Positions 20,601 through 29,890 of a stretch of DNA of 64,000 bases are shown piece after piece. This DNA comes from Elusimicrobiota bacterium (lineage in GTDB: Bacteria > Elusimicrobiota > Elusimicrobia > Elusimicrobiales > UBA9959). The position numbers and the translations under genes were made by a program. How positions within the stretch are numbered: the first letter of the stretch is position 1; the number at the start of each line of letters is the position of its first letter. The notes below the pieces were generated by a model. The model searched no databases. It worked only from the letters and a program-made list of their open reading frames with translations, and was not told the DNA's origin. The stretch spans positions 1 through 64,000 of the forward strand of contig JAINCQ010000017.1 in assembly GCA_036574205.1 (NCBI GenBank), read 5' to 3'.

Positions 20601-21194
20601 ATCTGGCGTTGAAAAAGAGGTTGATCTTTGTAATCTATCATAAGCCTTTATCCTGAAGTAATAAGTTGTGTTTGTTAAAAGAGATGGTACAGTAAATGGA
20701 GGTGTCCCGGAGTAATTTATGTCATTGAAAATAGAAAAATCCGAAGCTGTAGAATATCTTATCGTATATAGAGTGTCTGGAGCATTTTCATCAGGAAAAT
20801 TAAGAACTATCTGTGCGGTTGTGTCAAGCTCGTATAGGTTAAAAATGGCTTCTATATTATAGGGAGTCTGGGTATAAGTTACTGTAAATGTAGATGAATA
20901 GCTTAAATCACTCTCTGTGTCAATTTTGACTTCAAAATAGTAGCTTGTATTTCCTTTGAGACCTATGTATGTTGTTGTGTTTGTAGAAAGTGTTTGGGAC
21001 GAGATATAACTTGAAAAATCTGATTTTGTAGATATTACAACATTATAACTATTTAAACCAACTGAATTCCAGGTATAGGTTATTGAAGTTATATAAACTG
21101 CTGATATTGTCGGATTGAGATCCGTAGAATTAAGGTTTGTCTTAAAAAACAAAGGAATAAAAAACAAAAAAATATAAAGTCTTTTGAAACTCAT
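17646..21194 (-). CDS. Large fibronectin type III repeat surface protein with FlgD-Ig/T9SS-like C-terminal domain
   Basis: About 10 S/T-rich repeats of W...Y-LE-ST..F...L.PNTTYY.RV; C-terminus IYPNPYKP...IYTITGELVK...WDAKN..G..IASGVY; likely start ATG 21194 (MSFKRLYIFLFF) rather than 21275. Confidence 0.8.
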   Translation of the reverse strand: MSFKRLYIFLFFIPLFFKTNLNSTDLNPTISAVYITSITYTWNSVGLNSYNVVISTKSDFSSYISSQTLSTNTTTYIGLKGNTSYYFEVKIDTESDLSYSSTFTVTYTQTPYNIEAIFNLYELDTTAQIVLNFPDENAPDTLYTIRYSTASDFSIFNDINYSGTPPFTVPSLLTNTTYYFRIKAYDRLQRSTSFSTPDFSTQTITRFPDAFYPQVYETSVTFKWSAINGLNENSSAGYSLEISNKDNFDTIIDSWTTNNNSTDEYSSTDLIKNTIYYYKFSVLNSIGVPNQKIGVIYTLTSKPSNFSLINFSSSSAKFRWDPFPPSPPSETAKGYRLEASTDPDFTITTSSSTSDITISTLSINSLEANTTYYFRVGALNFYNEPNYSQTLTTTTLSVPIDSTLILYTLTPKSIKATFPNQPKDVEYLKSYGYQLDASTTNFEGGIIYSSFTSNPDATTLLIEGLRPNTTYYLRLATFNRMGVPNYSQTSQVLTPIPEISPNVSITYYSSNTLSVFYSTNDADGYVVELSTSEFFQNISYSSTVYSNEITTITISPILIDTVYYVRLGSLFEGATVYKLATPFPIRTLTPPPINPSIDKVNISSITVVWGTATTVGYCLEASTSTDFSLIFSSTVMSSQISTLSVSGLTPNTSYYLRVGSINSSNEKNYVFVGTTSTLANYPTETPLTNHTTHSMQINWNPSLNPDDTIYLIEISSTNFTDGQIHSSQTTNNYAYFDNLQSNTTYYKRITAINRNSIPTGPISFQPIATLAFKPINLTFISSTHTIEINWDDPNNADQTPYLAEISSTCFIDSVISSYTLQKTATFYNLNANTVYCLRISALNFSGMPSEYERSLSTTYVEIPKITTPTFINVLLDGFTAQWDNNTNSTHTIYIVEASTHSDFSYIFRSTQTNMTTFVFPELNYNTQYYIRIKAKGIIENNESDYQELGSVSTLYRQEQIINNKTNQIVSIPYSYGSIEVEIPPYSLGSVTKLFIEPDSNPPPPISKAGNLIPTGFAAKIYIFPIVLYNGVIKVKIPYTNLPPYMDKNKLVMARYDEDEKLWVPLKSYLENNYVIGETYHFSIFQIMQFEASKSLSEVKIYPNPYKPNTNLGKLNFSNMPANTDIYIYTITGELVKKLKSDEKGFVQWDAKNSSGRDIASGVYLAIFKKDGKKVIKKIAIEK

Positions 21195-21313
21195 TATAAT
21201 ATATTTTAGTATGATAATTACTAAAAAGCAAATATTAATACGCTTCCCTACAAAATATGAAGCCATAAATAACACTTTGTTTTTTTATAAAGATATTTTT
21301 TAATTCTCCAGAC

Positions 21314-21358
21314 TAGGTCCTTTGGTCTCTTGACAATAAACTTTAAACCATATAATAT
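21314..21358 (+). promoter_or_regulatory. Conserved upstream motif plus promoter of the kinase gene
   Basis: TAGGTCCTTTGGTCTC directly followed by TTGACA (21330-21335); -10 region TATAATAT 21351-21358. Confidence 0.55.
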
Positions 21359-21369
21359 ATAAAAGAGGT

Positions 21370-23877
21370 ATGATGAGAGCGTTCTTATTCATAACTTTAA
21401 TTGTATTTAATTGTGATTTTTTATTTTGCAAAGTCAATCATTTTGATAATATTTTAGACACATCCACAATATCTTACTTTCTTGATTCTCATTATAAAGA
21501 TGATAAAAAAATCACTGACCCTGAAAAAATAATTAAAAGTTATAGGATAATAAGAAAGGAGCCAGACAGAGCTGCTGAGGCTTTTATCTCTATTATGCAA
21601 AGTCGTTTGCCGGAAGATCAAAAACGCTTTATAGAAGAAAACTACGATAAGGTTTCATATCTGCTTTTTAATCTTGATGATAAAAGATCTGATAAATTTG
21701 ATGAGGTATTGAAGATTGTTGTTGAAAATTCATTTCCAGTAAATCCCTCTCTTTTTAACAATTTTGAATTTCAAGCAAAAGAGATAATACAATCATATGT
21801 TGTTGATTTTAATAATAGAGTTGCAAGGATGCCTCCAAATCTTAGAGTCCCTGAGATTTCTACTTCCACATTGAGATATGACAATGCATTGACGCATCTT
21901 ATAGAGTTTGCAAGAGATATTAGAAGGAATCCTAAAACGGCTAATAATATTGCAGAAAACATAAGCATTGCTTATTCTACAAACTCATCTGTTCAAAATG
22001 GTCTGGCAAGACTTTTTCTGGATAATTCAAATTATGAAGAAGCTAAGAAATACACAGACAAAGCCATAGAGATAGACGATAAAAATTATGATGCTTATAC
22101 AATGAGGGCCGAAGCCAGATATTCGCTTAAGGACATTAAAGGAGCTATAGAAGATGTAAGGAAAGCGACTGAAATAGACCCGACTAATGAAACCACAAAA
22201 CTTCTTGCTTCTTTTATGTCAAAAAGTTCAGGTTTTTCAAAAACTAATTTAAGTTCAATAAAAGATAGTTTTGCCTCTTCTGATATAGATGATTCTTCTT
22301 TTAAAGAGACTAATCCTGTGATAGGTGGAAGTGCTGATAAGGTTGTTGAGAATAATAGAACAGATATAACAATTGATGAGAAAAAATCTGCTTATTATCT
22401 TAAATCAGCTATGGTTAAAGCTCAGATGGAAGATTATAAGGAAGCGATAAAATACCTCAACATGGCTATTGAAAAAAATCCCAATAATCTTGATGCATAT
22501 ATTGAAAGGGCCAATACATATAATCTTGTGGGGGATTATGATGAAGCGATAAAGGATGCTACATATGTTTTAATTAATGATCCTCAAAATATACACGCTC
22601 TTAACATTAGAGCCTGGTCTCTTTATAAGAAAGGCGATATGGAATCTGCCTATAATGATACCAGTAAAGCTATAGATCTAAAACCAAATTATGCAGATGC
22701 GATGTTTTTAAGAGCTCTGATATACGAAAAACAAAATAAGTTTGATGAGATGCTTTCAGATCTTGAGAAGGCAAGCAGATTAAATCCTAATTATATTTCA
22801 AAGTTTCATGATGCTGTGGCAAACTATTCATATAAAGCTCCAAATTTTATGAAATATTATGATAGAAATAAGGATATGTTTAAGTTAAAAAAGGGTGAGG
22901 ATGAAAAAACATTTAATGCTAAAAAATTCTTTTTTCTTTTAATTTTTACTATCTTAGGCGGAATATTTATAGGTATTGCCCTCCTTCATGTGTTTTCTCC
23001 AAAGGTAACAACCCATACCGCCACAACTCAATCTAATACAACGCAGACTGATACCCTTACGCCTAATATTTTCTATGAAGGTGTCGCGACAGGTAAATAT
23101 AAAATCGTAAGAAAAATCGGACAGGGTGGGATGGGGAGTGTTTATCTTGCTATAGATCAAACTTTAAACAGGGAAGTTGCTATTAAAAAAATGAACGAAG
23201 ATATAAAAATGAATGAGAGGGAAAAACAGAGGTTTATAGAGGAGGCAAGGACTGTTGCTATGCTTCATCACCCAAATATTATAGAAATATATACTATTTT
23301 TGAGGAAAAAGGTGATATCTATCTTGTTTTTGAATACATTGATGGACTTAGCCTTGATAAAAAACTTGATAAAGAAATCAGAATGCCTTTTTATGAAGTG
23401 AAAGAGATAATTAATGAAATATCAAAAGCGTTAAATTATGCTCATCTTAAGAATATTGTTCACAGGGATTTAAAACTTTCAAATGTGATGGTTTCAAAAG
23501 ATGGTTATATAAAAGTTATGGATTTTGGGCTTGCAAAAGTATTGCGTGAAGCTAAAGCAAGATATTCTTCAACTGAGGTCGTTGGAAGCCCTGCTTATAT
23601 GGCGCCTGAGCAGGATTTAGGTATTTTTATAAAAGAATCAGATTTGTATTCTCTTGGAGTATGTGTATATGAAATGATTGTAGGCGAACTACCTTTTACT
23701 GGTCCTGACTATCATTATCAGAAAGAAAAAAAACTTTTTACTCCTGTTTCTCAGGTAGTTGTTGGTCTTCCGGAAGGGATTGATTATGTAATTTCAAAAC
23801 TTCTTGAACCAAAACCAGAAAACAGATATCATAGTGTAGAAGAGTTTCTTATTGACTTTAACAAACTTCAATCATAA
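21370..23877 (+). CDS. Membrane Ser/Thr protein kinase with N-terminal TPR region
   Basis: Signal peptide, multiple TPRs, TM (FFFLLIFTILGGIFIGIALLHVF), then Hanks kinase motifs GQGGMG, AIKK, HRDLK, DFG, APE. Confidence 0.9.
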   Translation: MMRAFLFITLIVFNCDFLFCKVNHFDNILDTSTISYFLDSHYKDDKKITDPEKIIKSYRIIRKEPDRAAEAFISIMQSRLPEDQKRFIEENYDKVSYLLFNLDDKRSDKFDEVLKIVVENSFPVNPSLFNNFEFQAKEIIQSYVVDFNNRVARMPPNLRVPEISTSTLRYDNALTHLIEFARDIRRNPKTANNIAENISIAYSTNSSVQNGLARLFLDNSNYEEAKKYTDKAIEIDDKNYDAYTMRAEARYSLKDIKGAIEDVRKATEIDPTNETTKLLASFMSKSSGFSKTNLSSIKDSFASSDIDDSSFKETNPVIGGSADKVVENNRTDITIDEKKSAYYLKSAMVKAQMEDYKEAIKYLNMAIEKNPNNLDAYIERANTYNLVGDYDEAIKDATYVLINDPQNIHALNIRAWSLYKKGDMESAYNDTSKAIDLKPNYADAMFLRALIYEKQNKFDEMLSDLEKASRLNPNYISKFHDAVANYSYKAPNFMKYYDRNKDMFKLKKGEDEKTFNAKKFFFLLIFTILGGIFIGIALLHVFSPKVTTHTATTQSNTTQTDTLTPNIFYEGVATGKYKIVRKIGQGGMGSVYLAIDQTLNREVAIKKMNEDIKMNEREKQRFIEEARTVAMLHHPNIIEIYTIFEEKGDIYLVFEYIDGLSLDKKLDKEIRMPFYEVKEIINEISKALNYAHLKNIVHRDLKLSNVMVSKDGYIKVMDFGLAKVLREAKARYSSTEVVGSPAYMAPEQDLGIFIKESDLYSLGVCVYEMIVGELPFTGPDYHYQKEKKLFTPVSQVVVGLPEGIDYVISKLLEPKPENRYHSVEEFLIDFNKLQS

Positions 23878-23896
23878 TGTTTATATCTAAATTGGC

Positions 23897-23925
23897 TTGA
23901 CCTTATCTTTTAGCTATTATAAAAT
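23897..23925 (+). promoter_or_regulatory. Promoter of tdh
   Basis: TTGACC, 17 nt, TAAAAT; GGAGG RBS upstream of ATG 23948. Confidence 0.5.
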
Positions 23926-23947
23926 AACTTATGGAGGATTATTTAAT

Positions 23948-24973
23948 ATGAAAGCTCTTATAAAAAAATTTGCCAGAAAAGGAATATGGATGGAAAATAT
24001 TCCCGAACCTGTTTGTGGAGATAATGAAGTTAAAATAAAAATAAAGCAAACAGCAATATGCGGTACAGATATTCATATATATAAATGGGATGAATGGGCT
24101 CAAAAAAACATACCTGTTCCCATGGTGATAGGGCATGAATTTGTTGGAGAAATAGTTGAGACTGGAAAGAATGTTAAAGGTTTTAAGATAGGACAAAGGG
24201 TCAGCGGGGAAGGGCATATAACCTGCGGTTATTGCCGCAATTGCAGGGCTGGTAAAAGGCATCTATGTATAAATACAAGAGGAATTGGCGTTAACATCCC
24301 GGGAGCTTTTGCAGAGTATCTTGTAATTCCTGATGAAAATGTTTTTGCCCTCCCTGATAAAGTAACGGATGATGAGGCATCTATATTTGATCCTTTAGGA
24401 AATGCTGTTCATACAGTTCTTTCTTTTGATCTGGTTGGAGAAGATGTTTTAATAACTGGAGCAGGTCCCATAGGCATTATGGGAGCATTAATATCAAAGC
24501 ATGTTGGAGCAAGGCATGTGGTTATAACCGATATAAACGATTACAGATTAGATCTTGCAAGAAAATGCGGAATTGAAAATGTGGTAGATGCACGAAAAGA
24601 GAAACTTGATGATATAATGAAAAAATTGAGGATGACGGAAGGATTTGATGTTGGCTATGAAATGAGCGGAAGTCCCCTGGCATTTAATGATATGCTAAAA
24701 GTATTAAGGATGGGTGCAAAGATAGGACTTCTTGGAATACTTCCTGATTCCACTCAAATACCATGGAGTTCAATAATATTCAAAGCTTTTATAATTAAAT
24801 GTATTTATGGAAGAGAAATGTTTGAAACCTGGTATAAGATGTCAAGTATGATTGAAAGCGGGCTGGATATAAAACCTGTCATAACCCATAAATTTAGTAT
24901 AGATGATTATGAGAAGGGATTTGAGATAATGGCAGGTGGAAATTCAGGGAAAGTAATATTGAATTGGCGATAA
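23948..24973 (+). CDS. tdh: L-threonine 3-dehydrogenase
   Basis: [42 protein letters not shown]; start moved to ATG 23948. Confidence 0.95.
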   Translation: MKALIKKFARKGIWMENIPEPVCGDNEVKIKIKQTAICGTDIHIYKWDEWAQKNIPVPMVIGHEFVGEIVETGKNVKGFKIGQRVSGEGHITCGYCRNCRAGKRHLCINTRGIGVNIPGAFAEYLVIPDENVFALPDKVTDDEASIFDPLGNAVHTVLSFDLVGEDVLITGAGPIGIMGALISKHVGARHVVITDINDYRLDLARKCGIENVVDARKEKLDDIMKKLRMTEGFDVGYEMSGSPLAFNDMLKVLRMGAKIGLLGILPDSTQIPWSSIIFKAFIIKCIYGREMFETWYKMSSMIESGLDIKPVITHKFSIDDYEKGFEIMAGGNSGKVILNWR

Positions 24974-24984
24974 ATTAGTTTAGA

Positions 24985-26187
24985 ATGAAGAAAGGTAAGA
25001 TAAAATTTTATCAAAGATTTTTTTTTATATTAATTTGTTTCAATTTTTTATCATGTAATTTTATCAAGGATAAAATTGGTAGCTATTATTTTAATAAAGC
25101 TAAAAAAATAGCTGAAAGAGAAGAGGTTTCTGAAATAGAAATAGACAGATTCTATGACTATTTAATGAAAGCTCTTGATTATAAAAAAGATATTCCTAAA
25201 TCAATAGATCTTGTTGAAGGGGTAACTCAGGCAAGTCTTAAAGCTGGATATGTAAAAGCTTATGAAAATGAATTAAGATTTTTCAAAAAATATGTGGAAA
25301 AAAATCCTCATAGCTGGGAGGTCTATCTAAATATAATCAATATATTTTCGTTAAAAGGAGACCTTTATAATCTTAGTAATTTAAAAAGCGATTTTGATAG
25401 GGAGACAATGAAAGATAAGAATTTTAAGATACTTTCTTTTATAGTGGAAGTGAATATGCTTTACTGGGTTCAATCATATGCCCAGATTTCATTAAACAAT
25501 GATTATGATGAGATGATTGACTATCTTTCAAAATATTGCACTTATGCCAGAGAGATATATGAAATAAAATCAGAAAGTGATAGCGGATTTTTAAATAATG
25601 TTTCCCCTGAACTTATCTACTATTTTAATTCTACACTCTCTGATTTCACAACACGCCAAAATTCAATTAAAGATAATTGCAGTATTTTGGAAAAATTAAA
25701 TAAAGATCAAAATTTTCAAAAGCTTGTAAAATATACCATAGACGGCAACAGGCATTTCGCCAAAAAAGAATACACTAACGCTATCATATATTATAAAGCA
25801 GCGTTAAGTATTGACGAAAATTTTTTTGATGCAAGGAAGAATCTTATTGAAGCGGAGTTTCAAAATCTTCTTGCTCTTTCACTTATGAAAAGAAATAAAG
25901 ATGAACTTGTGGATTTTGTGTATGATAAAACTCAGTACCTTGATGAAATGTTATCTGAAAAGGCAAGTCGTTTAACAAATCTTCCTTTTTCAGACAACGA
26001 CAAATTTATCTCTGGTGTCTATGCCCTTAAAGCTGCTATGTTGAGCGTTTTGCTTGATGAAAATATCGGATCTGACAAAAAAAATAAAATAGAAAAATCA
26101 ATAAGAAATCTGTTGAATGAAGCTATAAAGTATGATCCGGCAAATAAAATGGCAAAAGAGCTGATAAGTAGGTTTGCAAGTAAATGA
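24985..26187 (+). CDS. Putative lipoprotein, helical/TPR-like
   Basis: Lipobox-like FLSC after a hydrophobic stretch; TPR-like segment GNRHFAKKEYTNAIIYYKAALSID. Confidence 0.65.
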   Translation: MKKGKIKFYQRFFFILICFNFLSCNFIKDKIGSYYFNKAKKIAEREEVSEIEIDRFYDYLMKALDYKKDIPKSIDLVEGVTQASLKAGYVKAYENELRFFKKYVEKNPHSWEVYLNIINIFSLKGDLYNLSNLKSDFDRETMKDKNFKILSFIVEVNMLYWVQSYAQISLNNDYDEMIDYLSKYCTYAREIYEIKSESDSGFLNNVSPELIYYFNSTLSDFTTRQNSIKDNCSILEKLNKDQNFQKLVKYTIDGNRHFAKKEYTNAIIYYKAALSIDENFFDARKNLIEAEFQNLLALSLMKRNKDELVDFVYDKTQYLDEMLSEKASRLTNLPFSDNDKFISGVYALKAAMLSVLLDENIGSDKKNKIEKSIRNLLNEAIKYDPANKMAKELISRFASK

Positions 26188-26735
26188 TTTCTTTGTTTCT
26201 TTTGTTAATATTTCCATTATTTTCAGATTCTTCTTTTTCTGACAGGAATATTAATTTTGTCCTTAATAAAGATAAGCATGGCGAATATACTTCTATAAAC
26301 TATAGTTTTAAATTTTCCAGCCTTAAAGATCTTAAATATATTTATAAGATTCCAGCAAATTTTTATTACGATATATCTAATATTGAGTTGAGAGATTCTT
26401 TTCGCGTTAGGTATTATGGTTATAACTCTTATCCATTCAGGTATTTTATAGGCAAAAAGAAAAAAATAGAATTTCAAAAAGATTCTCAAAATAATGAAGA
26501 AACTTCTGAAGAGAAAAAAGAAAAAAGCAAAGACATATACAGATTAAGTCTTTCACCTTTTTTTGAAGATATAAGGGAAAACATAGATTATTATTTGTTT
26601 GACTTTTTAATGAAAAATCTTACAGATGAATGGTCAGGGTTAAAAAAAATGGAAAAAAAAGAGTTCATTAAAGATATCACATCTATTGATACATTTGGGT
26701 TAGTTGTATTAAACTATAATAAAGAATCTAAATAG
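26184..26735 (+). CDS. Hypothetical exported protein
   Basis: 183-aa ORF, ATGA-coupled to the upstream gene, hydrophobic N-terminus. Confidence 0.6.
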   Translation: MISLFLLLIFPLFSDSSFSDRNINFVLNKDKHGEYTSINYSFKFSSLKDLKYIYKIPANFYYDISNIELRDSFRVRYYGYNSYPFRYFIGKKKKIEFQKDSQNNEETSEEKKEKSKDIYRLSLSPFFEDIRENIDYYLFDFLMKNLTDEWSGLKKMEKKEFIKDITSIDTFGLVVLNYNKESK

Positions 26736-27130
26736 GGTCCACTGAATAAGTATATTCACAAGCAAAATTAGCTGATTTTTAAGCTGAGATAAGGATTTAA
26801 AGTGTTGGGTTCTGGGATAATGAAGTTTCAAAAATGTTAAAGTCCCTTCCCCCTTGATGGGGGAAGGTGAGGATGAGGGTGAAAAAAATAAATCTTCTTG
26901 CTGTCGCTTATATTTCCTCTCCCTTGATGGGAGAGGAATAAGGTGAGGGTGAAAAAGAGAGGAGAATATATTAAAATTGGAAGATGGCTATGAAGATGCG
27001 AAAGGAAGTTCAAAACTTAAAAGCTTTTTGATAATCTTATACTATTTTGCAGTTTATTAGTTATAGAACCATATTTTAAGAGGTTTTTTATTATTAAAAC
27101 ACCATTCCGTTAGACTTTTTAAGCAAACCC
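26735..27130. mobile_element. MITE-like non-coding element
   Basis: Imperfect 17-bp terminal inverted repeats (12/17), flanked by direct TAAATA (26729-26734 and 27131-27136); carries a REP doublet. Confidence 0.45.
26834..26956 (+). repeat. REP-like hairpin doublet, copy 1
   Basis: CCTTCCCCC-TTGAT-GGGGGAAGG and TTCCTCTCCC-TTGAT-GGGAGAGGAA, each followed by ..TGAGGGTGAA; similar inverted copy at 56587-56709. Confidence 0.85.
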
Positions 27131-27141
27131 TAAATAAATTT

Positions 27142-27184
27142 TAGGACTTTTGTCCCTTGAAAAAACCGAAAATTAATATAAAAT
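27142..27184 (+). promoter_or_regulatory. Conserved upstream motif plus promoter of the amylase gene
   Basis: TAGGACTTTTGTCCC (palindrome GGAC-N4-GTCC), then TTGAAA 27157-27162 and TAAAAT 27179-27184. Confidence 0.55.
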
Positions 27185-27191
27185 ATTATTA

Positions 27192-28412
27192 ATGAAAGTT
27201 TTAAGTTTTATTTCAGGAATATTTCTATTTGCTAATTTTTCTCTTTTTTGTGCTGATGGGCGTGTCCTTCTTCAGGGGTTTCACTGGAATAGTGTAAGAT
27301 CTTCAAAACCGTGGTGGAATATAATATATGAAAATTCCTCCGAGATTAAGAGGGGGCAGTTTGATTTAGTTTGGCTGCCGCCATCAAACGACTCGCTTTC
27401 AGATGAAGGATATCTGCCAAGAAAATTATATATTCAGGATTCAAAATATGGAACGGAGGATGCTCTAAAATCTGCGATTTCTAAATTACATTCATATGGA
27501 ATAAAAGTTGTGGCTGATATAGTTATAAATCACCGCGTTGGTGTAACTGACTGGGCTGATTTTAGAGATCCTGATTGGAAACTTGATGCCTGTGTTAAAG
27601 ATGATGAATATAAAAAATGTGAAGGTAATTATGATACTGGAAAAGGATACGATGCTGCAAGAGATATAGATCACACTCAAAAGTATGTAAGAGATTCTAT
27701 TAAACAGTGGATGTTATGGCTTAAAAATTCAATAGGCTATGATGGATGGAGATATGATTACGCGCGAGGATTTTCAAGTCAGTACATTCTTGAGTATACT
27801 GAAGCAACTAATCCATCTTTTTCGGTTGCTGAAATATGGGATGATCTTGATTTAAACAACACAGATAAACATAGACAGGCTTTATGTAACTGGATGGATT
27901 CGGTTAAAGGCAAAATTAAGGTATTTGATTTCACAACCAAAGGCATTTTGCAGTATGTTATACAAACGGGAGAATACTGGCGACTTGTTGACAAAAACGG
28001 AAGGCCTTCTGGTCTTTTAGGATGGTGGCCTGATAATGCAGTTACTTTTATAGAAAATCATGATACCCAGAATAGAACTTCTGGCTCTGGTCATAGATCA
28101 TGGCCTTTTCCATCTAATAGAATTCTTGAGGGATATGCTTATATACTGACTCATCCTGGAATACCAACTGTTTTTTGGCCACACTTTTTTGATTATGGTT
28201 TTAAAGAAGAAATAATAAAGATGATTTCAATAAGAAAAAAATATGGGATTAACTCAGCAAGCTCAGTATATATAATCGCAGCAACAAATGGGCTTTATGT
28301 CGCAAGGATAGACGATAAACTTATAGTTAAAATGGGTTCATCAGATTATTCTCCTGATTCATCATATAAACTTTTGACAAGCGGTTATAATTACGCCATC
28401 TGGGGCAGATAA
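27192..28412 (+). CDS. Secreted alpha-amylase, GH13 (plant/archaeal-like AmyA group) with C-terminal beta-sheet domain
   Basis: Signal peptide, [54 protein letters not shown]. Confidence 0.9.
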   Translation: MKVLSFISGIFLFANFSLFCADGRVLLQGFHWNSVRSSKPWWNIIYENSSEIKRGQFDLVWLPPSNDSLSDEGYLPRKLYIQDSKYGTEDALKSAISKLHSYGIKVVADIVINHRVGVTDWADFRDPDWKLDACVKDDEYKKCEGNYDTGKGYDAARDIDHTQKYVRDSIKQWMLWLKNSIGYDGWRYDYARGFSSQYILEYTEATNPSFSVAEIWDDLDLNNTDKHRQALCNWMDSVKGKIKVFDFTTKGILQYVIQTGEYWRLVDKNGRPSGLLGWWPDNAVTFIENHDTQNRTSGSGHRSWPFPSNRILEGYAYILTHPGIPTVFWPHFFDYGFKEEIIKMISIRKKYGINSASSVYIIAATNGLYVARIDDKLIVKMGSSDYSPDSSYKLLTSGYNYAIWGR

Positions 28413-28482
28413 CACCATTCATTGTATTAATCTTTATAAAATTATAGAATATATTTTATTAAAAGCAGGGAGGTTAATTTAT

Positions 28483-29364
28483 ATGAAAGGGATAATACTT
28501 GCAGGAGGAAGTGGAACCCGTTTATATCCTATTACTTTAGGCGTTTCAAAGCAACTTCTTCCCATTTATGACAAACCGATGATATATTATCCTCTTTCAG
28601 TTCTTATGCTTTGTGGGATAAAAGATATCCTTATAATTTCCACCCCAAAGGATATATCCAGATTTAAAGATATATTTGGCGATGGAAAAAATCTTGGACT
28701 TAGCATAAGCTATGAGGAACAGCCAGAGCCAAATGGAATAGCTGAGGCATTTATAATAGGCGAAAAGTTTATAGATAATGATGATGTTGCGCTTGTTCTT
28801 GGAGATAATATCTTTTATGGACATGGACTTAGTGAACTTCTTGTTGATGCAAAAGAGAGTCTCAAAAAAAACAAAGCTGTTGTTTTTGGTTATTATGTAA
28901 GCGATCCACAAAGATATGGGGTTATATCTTTTGACAAAAACAGAAATGTTATTTCAATAGAAGAAAAACCGAAGATTCCAAAATCAAATTGGGCAGTAGT
29001 GGGTCTTTATTTTTATCCAAAAGATGTTGTTAAAAAAGCTAAAACATTAAAGCCATCTAAGCGTGGGGAACTTGAAATAACTGATTTAAATAAAATATAT
29101 CTTTCTCTTGAAAGATTGGTTGTTAAACTTATGGGTCGTGGATATGCCTGGCTTGACACTGGAACATATGAAAGCCTTATAGAAGCAAGTGAGTTTATCC
29201 AGACAGTTGAAAAAAGACAGGGTCTTAAGATAGGTTGTGTTGAGGAAATAGCATATAAACAGGGATTTATAACCAGAGATGAACTTATTAAAATAGCTGA
29301 AAAATATTCAAATAATTCTTATGGTGAGTATCTTTTTAAAATAGCGGGGGAAAATGCCTTTTGA
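28483..29364 (+). CDS. rfbA: Glucose-1-phosphate thymidylyltransferase
   Basis: [44 protein letters not shown]. Confidence 0.97.
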   Translation: MKGIILAGGSGTRLYPITLGVSKQLLPIYDKPMIYYPLSVLMLCGIKDILIISTPKDISRFKDIFGDGKNLGLSISYEEQPEPNGIAEAFIIGEKFIDNDDVALVLGDNIFYGHGLSELLVDAKESLKKNKAVVFGYYVSDPQRYGVISFDKNRNVISIEEKPKIPKSNWAVVGLYFYPKDVVKKAKTLKPSKRGELEITDLNKIYLSLERLVVKLMGRGYAWLDTGTYESLIEASEFIQTVEKRQGLKIGCVEEIAYKQGFITRDELIKIAEKYSNNSYGEYLFKIAGENAF

Positions 29365-29890
29365 ATTTGAAAAACTTTCACTTGATGGATTAATTCTTAT
29401 AAAACCTAAAATGTTCATAGATAAGCGCGGCTTTTTTATGGAGACTTTTAAAAAAAGTGAATTTAGTAGTAATGGTATAAATTGTGATTTTTTGCAGGAT
29501 AATCACTCACGTTCTTTTAAAAATGTAATAAGGGGTATACATTTCCAAAAAGAACCAAAAGCTCAATCCAAGCTTGTTAGATGCGTAAGGGGTGAGATTT
29601 ATGATGTAGCTGTGGATTTAAGGAAAGAATCAAAGACATATTTAAAATGGTATGGAGTCAAATTAAGCGATGAAAATGGCTTTATGCTTTTTATTCCAAA
29701 AGGATTTGGACACGCATTTCTTGTTTTAAGTGAAGAAGCAGATGTTGTATATAAATGTGATGAGGAGTATTCCCCAGAACATGATTGTGGCATAAGATAT
29801 GATGATCCATCAATAGGAATAAAATGGGGTGTGTCAGATCCTATTGTATCTGAAAAAGATCTTAAACTTCCTTTCCTGGAATTAAAATGA
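29354..29890 (+). CDS. rfbC: dTDP-4-dehydrorhamnose 3,5-epimerase
   Basis: [34 protein letters not shown]. Confidence 0.95.
   Translation: MPFEFEKLSLDGLILIKPKMFIDKRGFFMETFKKSEFSSNGINCDFLQDNHSRSFKNVIRGIHFQKEPKAQSKLVRCVRGEIYDVAVDLRKESKTYLKWYGVKLSDENGFMLFIPKGFGHAFLVLSEEADVVYKCDEEYSPEHDCGIRYDDPSIGIKWGVSDPIVSEKDLKLPFLELK

Noticed and set aside
27098..28420. 10-bp direct repeat AACACCATTC on both sides of the amylase gene
   Set aside because: Short enough to occur by chance, and the left copy lies inside the MITE-like element.
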